Shown one piece after another: positions 1 to 10,586 of a stretch of DNA of 64,000 nucleotides (position 1 is the stretch's first letter; each line of letters starts with the position of its first letter). The notes beneath the pieces were generated by a model. The model did no database searches and was not told the origin of the DNA. It saw only the letters and a program-made list of their open reading frames with translations. Origin of the DNA: Pelagomonas calceolata (lineage: Eukaryota). Made by a program: the position numbers and the translations under genes. The stretch lies in NCBI GenBank assembly GCA_918797485.1, contig CAKKNE010000003.1:4588001-4652000 (forward strand), given 5' to 3'.

Positions 1-1
1 G

Positions 2-178
2 CCCCTCATGGTGCGCCTGCAGGCGGACGCCCTCGCGGACTTTGGCTATCCGAGCGGGGAGCGCGGCGTCGCCCGGTTCGGCATGGAGATGCGGAAGGCG
101 ATGCGGGGCTTCCCGGACGACGCGGAGTTCCGCGGTCTCGTCGCCGAGCTGTCGACCTACGGCCGGCCGCGCGCGTAA
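2..178 (+). CDS. 3' end of a gene entering from the left, protein C10 (C12orf57/GRCC10)-like
   Basis: Frame from base 2 reads PLMVRLQADALADFGYPSGERGVARFGMEMRK...* (TAA 176-178) with strong GC3 bias; resembles the P..IQ..V...YGF...GV..F motif of C10 proteins from memory. Confidence 0.45.
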   Translation, partial: PLMVRLQADALADFGYPSGERGVARFGMEMRKAMRGFPDDAEFRGLVAELSTYGRPRA

Positions 179-188
179 GTTTAGTGCA

Positions 189-839
189 TTAGTCCGCTAT
201 CGCCTCGAGCTCGGGCTGGACCCACGTCGCCTCGCCCGTGCTCGAGTTGAAGTAGTAGTGGCTGCCGACCTCTTCGTCCCAGTGCTGCGTCCACTCGCCC
301 CGGTCGTCGTCGCCGTCCGAGGGCCACTCCTCGCCCCGGTCGTCGTCGTCGTCGTCGGCCGCGGCCGCGCCGTCCCTGTGTGCACGCCTGGCTGTGCCGC
401 CCCCCGCGCCATCAAAATCGTCGGGCACGAACCCGTTGGCCGTCGGCGCGTGGAACCGGCGCGCGTCGACGGCGCGCGGCGGCCGCCGCTCCGCGAGCGG
501 CGGCGGCGCCACGCGCGGCGGCGCCACGCGCCCGCGCCCCGCCGCGGCCGCGACTGACACGCGCCGGACGGGCCCGCGCGCGAGCGGCGACGCGTGCCGC
601 TTGCACTCGGACGCGCTGTCGACCGCGGACCGCGGACCGCGGGGCTCCGGCGCCGCGCCGAAGCGCACCGAGCGCCGCGGCGCGGCTCCGGCAGAAGGCG
701 ACCGCCAGCCGGGCGGCAAGGCGGGGGCCGGCAGCGGGCCGGCGCCGCGCGCCGGCTTTGGCGTGGCGGCGCGGCCGAAGCGGTGCGAGCTCAGCGTGCG
801 CTGCTCGGGCCGCCGCCGCGGCGATTGTTGATGGAGCAT
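189..839 (-). CDS. Low-complexity protein with a C-terminal WW domain
   Basis: C-terminus WTQHWDEEVGSHYYFNSSTGEATWVQP fits the WW consensus; first ATG at 839. Confidence 0.75.
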   Translation of the reverse strand: MLHQQSPRRRPEQRTLSSHRFGRAATPKPARGAGPLPAPALPPGWRSPSAGAAPRRSVRFGAAPEPRGPRSAVDSASECKRHASPLARGPVRRVSVAAAAGRGRVAPPRVAPPPLAERRPPRAVDARRFHAPTANGFVPDDFDGAGGGTARRAHRDGAAAADDDDDDRGEEWPSDGDDDRGEWTQHWDEEVGSHYYFNSSTGEATWVQPELEAIAD

Positions 840-1063
840 CGGTCGCCTCCACCACGAGGGCAGCGAAAAACTGCTCGTGGGAATTTGCCGCCGCGCCAGG
901 TACAACCAAGGTATACCGTAGGTACTTTCGGGCACACATACTGCGGTAATAATTTAACGCAGGCACACGCCCGACGGCGGGACGTGTGGCTCAGAGCCGC
1001 GCGCGCGCACGCGATCATCTACACGTAGCACCGCTGCCGCAACAAACGGGCTGCCCTTGGAAC

Positions 1064-2197
1064 ATGGTCTACGGCCAGTTCCACGACTGTGATGCGGGTT
1101 CCACGATTATCCTGGACGTCGGCTCGTCGTCCGTGAAGGCCGGCTTCTGCGGCGAGGACCTCCCGCGGGCCGTCTTTCCCGCTCGCGTGGGCGACAAGCC
1201 GACACACAAAAAGCGGTCCGCGCGCGGCATGCCCGAGAGCGCCGAGGCGACGCCGGCGACTCGCCGGGACTTCCCGGTGCGGGACGGCGCCGTCGCGGAC
1301 TGGGATCTTTTGGGGAAACTGCTGGAACTTACTTTTACGGAAGAACTGGAGACAACACCGGAGCAGGGCTACGCCGTCCTGGTCGCCGAGGCGCCGGGCG
1401 CCAAGGAGGAACAGCGGGAGAGGATGGCCCGGCTCCTCTTCGAGACCCTGAAGGCGCCGGCCGTGTGCTTCTACAACGCGGCTGCTTTGTCGCTTTTCGC
1501 GTCCGGGCGGACGCGCGGGCTCGTTTTAGACGTGGGCGCGAGCGTCTCGAAAGCCGTGCCGGTCTTCGAGGGATTTGGGATAGCGCACGCGCTGACGACC
1601 TCGAAGCGCGCGGGCGCGGCGGTAACGGCTGTGCTGGCCGAAAAAATGGGATTGGGCCACGACGACGCGCGCCGCGCGAAGGAAAAGGCGTGCGCGTTCG
1701 GGGCTCCCGAGGACGTTGAGGTCGAGCTCCCCGATGGCACGGTCGTTTCCGTGGACGCCGCGGCGCGGGCTTTGGCGCCGGAGGCGCTCTTCGAGGACCG
1801 CGAAGTCGGGGAGGTCGACGAGGACTGCACGAGCCTCACGCGGCCGGGCGACGACGACCGGAACCTTCAAACGCTCGTCGCGTCGTCCCTGCAGCTGTGC
1901 GACAAGGACCTGCAGGTCGAGTTCGCCGAGAACGTCGTGCTGGCCGGCGGCACGACCATGCTGCCCGGCTTTTGCGGCCGTTTGCAGAATGAGCTCGAGC
2001 GGGGCCTGAGCCACCGCGCGCGCTGCGTCCCGGGCGGCGCCGGCGGGCCCGCGGAGCGGGGCTACACGAAGCAGCGGAAGCACGCGGCCTGGGTCGGCGG
2101 CTCGCTCTTCGCGTCCCTCGAGACGTTCGAGCACATCAAGGTCACGAAGCGCGAGTGGGAGGACGACGAGGAGGCGGTACACAAGCGGAGCTTCTAG
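1064..2197 (+). CDS. Divergent actin-like/actin-related protein
   Basis: IILDVGSSSVKAGFCGEDLPRAVFP, LFASGRTRGLVLDVG, ELPDG, NVVLAGGTTMLPGF, AWVGGSLFASL...HKRSF. Confidence 0.93.
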   Translation: MVYGQFHDCDAGSTIILDVGSSSVKAGFCGEDLPRAVFPARVGDKPTHKKRSARGMPESAEATPATRRDFPVRDGAVADWDLLGKLLELTFTEELETTPEQGYAVLVAEAPGAKEEQRERMARLLFETLKAPAVCFYNAAALSLFASGRTRGLVLDVGASVSKAVPVFEGFGIAHALTTSKRAGAAVTAVLAEKMGLGHDDARRAKEKACAFGAPEDVEVELPDGTVVSVDAAARALAPEALFEDREVGEVDEDCTSLTRPGDDDRNLQTLVASSLQLCDKDLQVEFAENVVLAGGTTMLPGFCGRLQNELERGLSHRARCVPGGAGGPAERGYTKQRKHAAWVGGSLFASLETFEHIKVTKREWEDDEEAVHKRSF

Positions 2198-2775
2198 CGG
2201 CCGGTGTCCGGGCGGGCACAATAAGCGGGCACTTTTGTGCCTTTTTAGTCACGGCCCGGGTCTAGATAAACTCTAGAGTCATGATCACTGGCATGATTAG
2301 CCCTGATTTAAGTTGGAATGGAACATGACTCGGAACTTGAGGGGATTCAAGTTAGTAGGGCCGTGACCGCGACTCGGCATGTACTAGTAGTATCTACTAG
2401 TAGTAGACCGTGACTCGGACTCCGAGTCGGAATGGAAGGCCCTCAGTCTGAGGGGCCCGACCCGGCGGGCCGGGGTCACGGTAGCCTCCGAGTCGGCCTG
2501 ACTCGGAGGCCGCTCAGGCTGACTCGGACTCGCCGAGACTGAGTCGGACTCCGAGTCGGCGGCTGACTCTAGAGTCGGAGGTAGTAAGCTACAAGCACTA
2601 GCCTCTAGTATCCATCCACTGGTACCTGAGAGGAATTATCAGTGTAAGTAACTAGGGGATCATGGCACAATCGCTGTAGAAAGCAAGTGGAAAGTGGAAA
2701 ACCGTACCGTACCTCCCCCAGCACTGAAGATATATATCCATCAGAGTAAAGGGAAAGAGAGGCGCCATTCCCAGG

Positions 2776-4005
2776 ATGGCCCGCGGCGACCCGCCCGCCG
2801 TGCCCGTCCGGGGCGTGCCGCAGGTCTCGTCCAAGCCACTGCGGAAGACGCGCATCCAGCCGGCGACGCGGCGGCGGGCGTCCGGGGAGGAGCTGGACGC
2901 CGCCTCCGCCGGGCGCGCGCCGCCGCCGCCGGACCGGCGGCAGCTTTGCGAAGGCATGCTGCGCGGGGGCTTCGTGCAGTCGTTCGTGGACTTCTTCTAC
3001 CTGACGCACCGGCCGGATCCGGAGAACGAAGGGAGGGACGTCCAGGTGCCCGCCCGGGAGGCCCAATACCTGCGCGAGAACCTGGAGCGCGCCGAGGCGG
3101 CGCGGCGCCGCGGCGACACGGGCGCGGTGTACGCGGCCTACGCGAACGTCGCCAAGTACTACGAGAGCCGCGCGGGCGACGCCGCCACGGGCGTCTACTT
3201 CTACGAAAAGTGCCTCGAGGTGGCGCGCCTCACGGGCGACCACCGGGGCGAGATGGCCGCGCACCACGACCTGGGCCTCGCGCGCATGGCCGCGGGCGAG
3301 GCCGAGGCGGCGGCGCGGCACCACGAGCGCCACCTGGCCATGGCCCGGGCACTGGACGACGCGCGCGAGGCGCGCCTGGCGTCGCGCGAGCTCGCGGGCG
3401 TCTACACGGCGCGGGCCGAGGCGCTCGAGGCCGCGGGCGCGCCCGCGGTCGACGCGCGCCGCGCCGCGCTCGCCGCCGCGCGCGACGCCGGCGACGCCGG
3501 GCGCGAGGCCGCCGCGGGCCTCGCCTTCGGCCGGGCCCAGGTCGCGTCCGGAGAGCCGGAGGCGGCCGTCGCGACGCTCGAGCAGGCCGAGGCGCTCCTC
3601 CGCAAGCTCGGGGACGTCAAGGGCGAGGGCCGCGCGGCCGCCGCGCTGGCGGCCGCGTGGCGCGACCAGGGCGACGACACCGCGGCCGCCGCGTACCTCG
3701 AGCGCTGCCTCGCGTCCGCAGCCGCGTCGAGCGACCTCGCCGCGGAGGCGCAGGCGTGCCGCGCGCTCGGCGCGCTCGAGGCGGCGGCGGGCGACGGCGA
3801 CCGGGCGGTCGAGCTCCTGGAGAAGAACTTCGACATTTCCCGGAAGCTGCTCGCCACGGGAGACGCCGACGTCTCCACCGCGGACCGCGCACGGGCCTAC
3901 CTCGGCGTCGTGCGCGGCAACGTCCGGCTCGGGGCCTTGGTGGGGGCGGTCGGCGGCGACGTCGCGGCGCTGCTCGGCTGGAAGTGCGCGCGGACCCCCC
4001 TGTGA
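2776..4005 (+). CDS. TTC29: Tetratricopeptide repeat protein, TTC29-like (flagellar)
   Basis: N-terminal LCEGMLRGGFVQSFVDFFYL block followed by several TPR helices (YFYEKCLEVA, AYLERCL, LLEKNFDISR). Confidence 0.7.
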   Translation: MARGDPPAVPVRGVPQVSSKPLRKTRIQPATRRRASGEELDAASAGRAPPPPDRRQLCEGMLRGGFVQSFVDFFYLTHRPDPENEGRDVQVPAREAQYLRENLERAEAARRRGDTGAVYAAYANVAKYYESRAGDAATGVYFYEKCLEVARLTGDHRGEMAAHHDLGLARMAAGEAEAAARHHERHLAMARALDDAREARLASRELAGVYTARAEALEAAGAPAVDARRAALAAARDAGDAGREAAAGLAFGRAQVASGEPEAAVATLEQAEALLRKLGDVKGEGRAAAALAAAWRDQGDDTAAAAYLERCLASAAASSDLAAEAQACRALGALEAAAGDGDRAVELLEKNFDISRKLLATGDADVSTADRARAYLGVVRGNVRLGALVGAVGGDVAALLGWKCARTPL

Positions 4006-4676
4006 GCTCCTAATGTTCCCTCGGTCGGCGGATGGCCGGCAGACTGGGTCGAAGCTAGGTTGGCATTAACCCCAGGGGTTATTAACCCCAATCGTGGTCC
4101 GGGGTCAGTAACCCGGGTAATTACCCGTTAGTACGGGTTATTAACCCCAGGATCTTATAGAGGGGTAGGGGAGGGGGAGGGGAGGGGGGCCATATTGCTA
4201 TTTCGAAGCTCCGGTTGGGCATCCTGACCGAGCAGGGAGAAGGCTCTTAGGAGGTTGTTCCTTTTTTAGGTCTTCCCTAACTAATTAATTTATTTATTTA
4301 TTTGCTTGCTTACGAGCTAGGCCGCCTATGACCGAACGCCCGCCCCGCCCCCGCCCTCGTACGCCGTCGCCCCGAGTGTTAGCTCGGAGGCGACGACGGC
4401 GAGGGGGGGGCAGGCCGGACACCGGAATCCCAGATCCGCGACGGTTATTTATTCGGCCCTCATACGTCATCGTCCCGAACAATGATAGAGCTCGGCGGCC
4501 ACCTAGCCACCATGGTCTCTCCGACGACGCGTACTATTTATGCATAGGTCTGCCCGAGGCGGTGGCCAACCCGCCGGCCGCGCCCCAGGCTGCCCAAATC
4601 TGCCGCCCAAGGGCGACGAAGACGATCCCCAAGGCCCGGGGTAACTACGTACGCACGTTTTACGTGATGCATAAGT

Positions 4677-6338
4677 CTAGAAGTGGATCGGCTGCGACGA
4701 GGCGGCCATGCACGCCTCCTTCATGGCCTCGCTGAGGGTCGGGTGCGCGTGGCACGTCCGCGCGACGTCCTCGGACGAGGCGCCGTACTCCATGCCCAGG
4801 ACGCCCTCGGCGATCATCTCGCCGGCGTTCGGGCCGATGATGTGCACGCCGAGGATCTTGTCCGAGGCCGCGTCCGTGAGGACCTTGACCATGCCCTCGG
4901 AATCGCCGACGGCGCGCGCGCGCGAGTTCGCGCTGAACGGGAACGAGCCGACCTTGTACTCTATGTTAGCTTCCTTGAGCTGCTCCTCGGTCCGGCCCAC
5001 CGTCGCGAGCTCGGGGTGCGTGTAGATGACGCCCGGGATCGCGTCGTAGTTCACGTGGCCCGCGAAGCCGGCGATGTTCTCCACGCACGCGATGCCCTCC
5101 TCCTCGGCCTTGTGCGCGAGCATGGGGCCGTCGATCACGTCCCCGAAGGCGAAGACCGAGGGCACCTTGGTGCGGAAGTGCTCGTCCACTTGGACCCGTC
5201 CCAGTTTGTCGGTCTCGATGCCCAGGTTCTCCAGCCCCAGCCCCTCCGTGAAGGGGCGCCGGCCCGTGGCCACGAGAACAACATCGAAATGGTCGGTCGT
5301 CGCGTCGCCGCCTTTCGCAGGGGCGTGCGTCAGCGCCACGCCCTCCTCGGCGACTTCCGCCGACTGCACCGCGGTCTTGAGCTTGAACTTCATGCCCTGC
5401 TTCTTGAGCAGCCTCAGAAAGGTCTTGCCTACGTCTTTATCCGTCCCGGGCACGATGTGGTCCAGAAACTCGATCACGGTCACCTTGGTGCCCAGTCGCC
5501 GCCAGACCGAGCCCATCTCGAGGCCGATCACGCCTGCGTGGACAGTCTATCGGTGGGTCGCCCGCGGGGGACCGCCGTCCGGCCCCACGCCATCGAGCCG
5601 ACGAGGGCGCCCCGAAATCTGGTGTCTACGCGGGACCGCGCCGCCGCCGATCACGGCCATGGTCTTCGGGATCTCCTTCAGGTCCAAAGCGCCGGTGGAG
5701 TCCACGATGCGGCCGCCCGCGTTGTCCACGGGGCACGGGGGTAGCGGAGAGACTTCCGACCCGGTCGCTAGTAAGATGTGGGCCGCGTCGAGCGTCTCCG
5801 CGCCGCCGTCGTTCAACGCCACTCCGACGCTGTTCGGGCCCTGGAGCGTCCCCTTGCCCTGCAGGTAGTCCACCTTGTACTTCTTGAAGAGGAACTCGAT
5901 CCCTCCCGTGAGCGAGTCGACGCTGGAGGCCTTGTTGGCCATCATCTTGTCGAGGTCTACTTTCACGTCGTTCACCACGATGCCGTGGTCTTTGAAGTGC
6001 TTGGTCGCCTCCTCGTAGAGGTGCGAGCTGTGCAGCAGGGCCTTGCTCGGGATGCAGCCCACGTTCAGGCACGTGCCGCCGAGCGTGCCGCGGGACCTGC
6101 GAGTAGCGACCGGCCGGGTCGGGGGCGCCGCCGCGTCGCGGAGGGTTGATTGGCGCGCCGCGCGCGACTCGACGCACGCCGTCTTGAGTCCGAGCTGGCT
6201 CGCCTTGATCGCGGCGACGTAGCCCCCCGGCCCGCCGCCGACGACCACGACGTCGTAGCGCTCGCTGGACAGGGCGCGCGCCTGGCTCCGCGCCGCGGCC
6301 GCGAAGGCGCGCAGGCGAGGCAGCGCGGCGATGGACAT
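4677..6338 (-). CDS. DLD: Mitochondrial dihydrolipoamide dehydrogenase (E3); exons 6338-6169, 6096-5642, 5533-4677
   Basis: GGGPGGY FAD motif, GGTCLNVGCIPSK disulfide, VIGGGVIGLE after splicing, HAHPTLSEA; Arg/Ala-rich presequence. Confidence 0.97.
5534..5641 (-). mobile_element. Introner-derived GC-AG intron in DLD (108 bp, eroded)
   Basis: Gene strand G|GCGCGGTC-CCGCGTAGAC...CTCGATGGCGTGGGG...CCACGCAG|GCGTGATC; TSD 6/8; removal restores IGGGVIGLE. Confidence 0.85.
6097..6168 (-). mobile_element. Introner-derived GT-AG intron in DLD (72 bp, in frame, no stop)
   Basis: GA|GTCGCGCG...CTCGCAG|GTCCCGCG; TSD 7/8; removal restores ACVESRGTLGGTC. Confidence 0.85.
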
Positions 6339-8265
6339 TGAACCGGAGCGTCTGGATGAGGATGGAGGACAGGGATGGGAGGTGGAGGAGGCTGGAGAGT
6401 GATAAGACTGACACACTAGCTGCCTAGTGGCGGAGAAAAGAGCATGTTTCCCGGAATCAAGTTTCACTGTAACACACCATGGAATTTTCTTCTTCAGCAA
6501 AGGCGACGTGGTGCTCACGGGGAAAGCAGTGTGAAGGGGGGGGACGTGGGTTGCGGATTTCAGTCGGAAACCTGAAACTTCCGGACTCCCAAAGCCGGAA
6601 ACCTGAAACCTCCGGCGAGAATCGGGCCGCAACCAACCAAAACCAAAACCCGCGCACCACTTTTTTCTAGTGTGTCGATACGCTAGATCACTAGGTCTTG
6701 CGGCTCGCCAAAGTACACCAGCGCTTGACGCCGCCATCTACTACCCAAATAGTACATCATATCAACTCCAGCCCAGTTTTCATACATATCCGACGGAACC
6801 GGAGCCGACGGCCCGCGCTCGGAGGGCGGGAAAAGAATTCTACTAGACAACTCCCGAGTTTATGTTCGTTTCCTTCCATTTGTTAGGGGTAGAGTCCATG
6901 CAGCCGGCCAGAACGTCTAGTGAGCATGATCATGTACTCCGTTAGAGCCTCGCCGCGAAGCGACTTCGCGCCCCCCACGTTTTCATGAAGGTGAGCGAAA
7001 ACCCTGGACCCGCGAGTATCAGCGACGACACCATCCAGATGGACCATAACGCCGTTGTTCTATTCACAATCGACCGACTTGCCCGTTCTCCGCGGACGAC
7101 GGTGCGTACGCGGGGCACTGAATTGGCCCCAGACCGGTGGTTTATAAAATAAATTCGCGTTTAAGGCGCTTCGGTTACGGGACGGGCCAGATAACCGGCC
7201 TGAACGTCTACTACATAGGATTACCTTCTCGGAAAACTCCTCGCGCCTGGTTCGTCCCGGGACCCCAAGATCTCACTCATATTGCAAAATACTTGGACCT
7301 GCGACCATCAGCCCGTGTACCATCACCATGGACCTTGACGCGATCATTTGTTTCATGATCGACCGACTTATGCGAGCTCCAGATAAAGATGTTCACGTCC
7401 CGAGCGTGGGCAGCCAAAAGTACCCTTCTTATAATGTAGATGGCATATACTCGTAATTGACTATCGTTGGGGTAGTATGGGGTCCAACGAGACCGCTACG
7501 GCGACTACTGGGGGCCCTCGGGTAATTGACGTATTTGACGCTAACGAGGCACCAACGGGTCCAAATTACACACTTCTTTCGGGGGCAGATCGGCTCCTGG
7601 AGGCCTCTCGGGGTAGGTCTGGTAGTGGGTAAGCGGCTGCACCGCTTACGCCATCGATGCAGCAGCCTAGAGGTCTCGGAACCCAGACCTGCCCTAAACT
7701 TGCTAAAGCTCCTTTGTCTGCTGAGAGAATTGGCCAAAATATGCTGTAAGCGGCGGCGTGTGCGGTGTAGGCGCTTGCACGCGACCACTGCCGACCCAAA
7801 GCGAACCCCGGGAGACCTCCGCGCCGCAAATCGACAGGATTCCATCGGCGCGGCCGTCATGGCGGGACCGTCAATATCGCGAATTAAAAAAATTATTTTT
7901 TTCGCCCCCCAGTAAGTGTCCCATTAATCTCTTTGGACCAGTATCGAACCGAACGATACTCAAACGACTGCATGGCGCATCTCGGAGTTCCTCGCGGAAT
8001 CCGCGCCTACCGGGCGCGGACGGGAGCTGGGGCCCGCAACCTGAAACCTCGGGCGTCCGTTTCCGTGAACCGGAAACCTGAAACCTACCACAACTCGGAG
8101 GCGGAAACCTGCAACCTGCCACCCACGTCCCGCCCCTTACTGTGAGTGGAGGGCATCAAGAGCATTGACTCACTGTCTCATACTGTCTCATTTTGCCAGC
8201 CGATATCTGTTTCTACGACCTAAATACAAAAATATATATCGCACACGACAGCGGGTACGAAAAGC

Positions 8266-9834
8266 ATGCGTCGGATCCACGTCGTTGCACTCGTCGCCCT
8301 CTCGTCGTCCGGGACGGAGAGCTTTGTGCTGCTGGCTGGCCGCGGCGCCCGGTGGTCGACCCGTCCCGCCACCGCCACGACGCTCTCGTCCGAGGAGCGT
8401 TTCGCGGAGGAACTGCAAGGGCTCCCCTCCGCCGTGGATCAGCTGCGCGCGATCGACGCGAACGGCGACGGGCTGGGCACGACCGCGCCGTTCGCCGTCG
8501 TGCTCGCGACGGCCGCGGCGTCGGACGCGCCGGCGGCGGCGGTGGCCGCGCTCGTGGGCCACGTCGCGCGGCCGTGTCCACCGCGCCGGGCTCTTCGTGC
8601 CCACTCGTTCGATCGCGCAGGTCATGGCCCGCGTCAAGCGGGCCGGCGTGGCTGTCGACGACGCTTTGCGCGCGGCCGCGTCCAGGGAGCCGGCGGCCCC
8701 CCTTTCTTCTCAATCGTGCGATCACCCAGGCTCACCGCGCTGGCGCCCGCTCTCCTTCGCGCGCGCAAGGATGCGGAATGCCTCGCGGCCGTCGGGGCCC
8801 TTTCCGCGAGAACGGCGTCCGACGTCCGTTGTGGCGTCGCCGCAGCCGCGCGGAGCCGCGACGACGCGCAGCTCCGCGCGTACGTGGCCGAGGCGGCGGC
8901 CGACGAGGACACGCTCAAGACGCTGGACGACGCCTCCTTGAAGGCGGCGATGCGGGGTCTCGCGAAGAAAGGCGACCACCGCACGGCCTACTCGCTACTC
9001 GACGCGCTCCCCGCGGAGCGGAGGAGCCCGCTGCTCTACCATGGGGCCATCACGGCCTGCGGGCGGTCGCGGCCGATCAAGGGTCGCACGGCGATGCTTC
9101 TTTGGAGGCGCATGAAGGAGGAAAACGTGACCGTGCCGCGCGCGACGTACAACGCCTTGCTCCACGCGGCGCAGGGCTCGCTGACGGAAAACGCCACTTC
9201 TGCGCTGCTAGCGGCGATGGATCGCGACGGCGTCGCTCTCAACGTCGTGTCCTACGCAGTGCACGAATCAAATTTCGCGGCGCCCGCGCCGTCGACGCGA
9301 TGCCTGCTCGATGGCGTGGCGGCGCGGGTCTCGCACCGCCCGGCTGGGCGCCCCCGACGCGCTGGTTGATTTGCGCACAGGTCCTACAACGTGGCCCTCA
9401 ACTCGCTCGCGAAGCAGGGGCGGTTTTCCGAAGTGCTCAGTCTCCTCGAAGCGATGGAATCTGCCTCCATCAAGCCGACCGAGGTGACGTTCGGGACCGC
9501 GATCAACGGCGCGGCGCGCGCGAACAACTCGGCCGCGGCCGTCGCGCTGCTGGGGGCGCAGACGTCCGTGGGACTGCCCCTGGGCGACCCGGCGTTCGCG
9601 TCCGCGTTGGAGGCGTGCCTCAACGACCCGGACACGGCGGCTGGGGCCTCGCGGGCGGCCGAGGTTCTCGACGCGCTCGCCGCGGCGGACGTGAGCCTCA
9701 AGCGGCGCGAGCGCGTCGAGGAACTTGCGCGCGCCGCCATCTCGCGCAACCGCGCCGCCGTGGACGACGACCGCCTGAAGCGCGACGAGGACATCCTCGG
9801 TATGGTCCTGCAGAATCGCCGCGTCGAGGTCTAG
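8266..9834 (+). CDS. Pentatricopeptide repeat protein, probably plastid-targeted; introns 8563-8620, 8680-8729 (both inferred) and 9249-9380
   Basis: PPR motifs (LLYHGAITACGR, ATYNALLHA, NVVSYNVALNSLAKQGRF, PTEVTFGTAING); signal peptide ending GTES-FVL. Confidence 0.85.
9249..9380 (+). mobile_element. Introner intron in the PPR gene (132 bp)
   Basis: GT|GTCCTACG...GAATCAAATTTCG...CTCGATGGCGTGG...GCTGGTTGATTTGCGCACAG|GTCCTACA; TSD 7/8; internal motifs match the EHD introners. Confidence 0.9.
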
Positions 9835-10551
9835 GATGATGATATATAAGTTAAGTGACTTTTTACACCACTACTTCGATGTTTAGAGGTCAATTAAGCC
9901 CTATTCGCTGCGCTCATAGAACAATCGACCTCTAATCGAAAAAGTGATGAAAAAAGACACATCAACTTATTTTAGGGTTCGCCCCGCCCCGACCTTACCA
10001 AATGTAGATTTTAGAATTTTAAGATTTATATTTAATTTATGATATTGTTATGACGAAAATGATTTCAAGTTATGCTTTGTGTGTGTGTGTGTGTTAAACT
10101 TGCTTCAAGATATACACCAATTTGCCTGTCGGCAAATCGATGCATATCTATCGCAAGCGCGCGCCCCCAAAAACACAGATCATTATATATTCAAGTTAAT
10201 TACTCTTTATATATTAATTACACTTTCGTGAAAGCGTTGCCAAAGCACTATGAAAGAGCGTTTCTGTATATATTCTATGATATGATCTACTTCGTCTGCT
10301 GTGTAATTACCAATGTTGAAAATCGAATTTACTAGTAAAATTTTTCTTATTGGACAGTTACTTATTCATCCTCGGAACTTTCAGGTCGGGGCGGGGCGAA
10401 CCCTAAAATAAGTTGATGTGTCTTTTTTCATCACTTTTTCGATTAGAGGTCGATTGTCCTATGTCAGGCTATGAGCGCAGCGAATAGGGCTTAATTGACC
10501 TCTAAACATCGAAGTAGTGGTGTAAAAAGTCACTCAACTTATATCATCATC
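9835..10551. mobile_element. Non-autonomous element with ~160-bp terminal inverted repeats around an AT-rich core
   Basis: 9835-9995 is the near-perfect reverse complement of 10383-10551 (right arm carries a ~10-bp insertion). Confidence 0.85.
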
Positions 10552-10586
10552 TCCGGACTCGGAGGCGTCGTTTTAACAGTCTTAGT

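Noticed and set aside
9970..10410. Telomere or interstitial telomeric array
   Set aside because: Only a single TTTAGGG unit per inverted arm.
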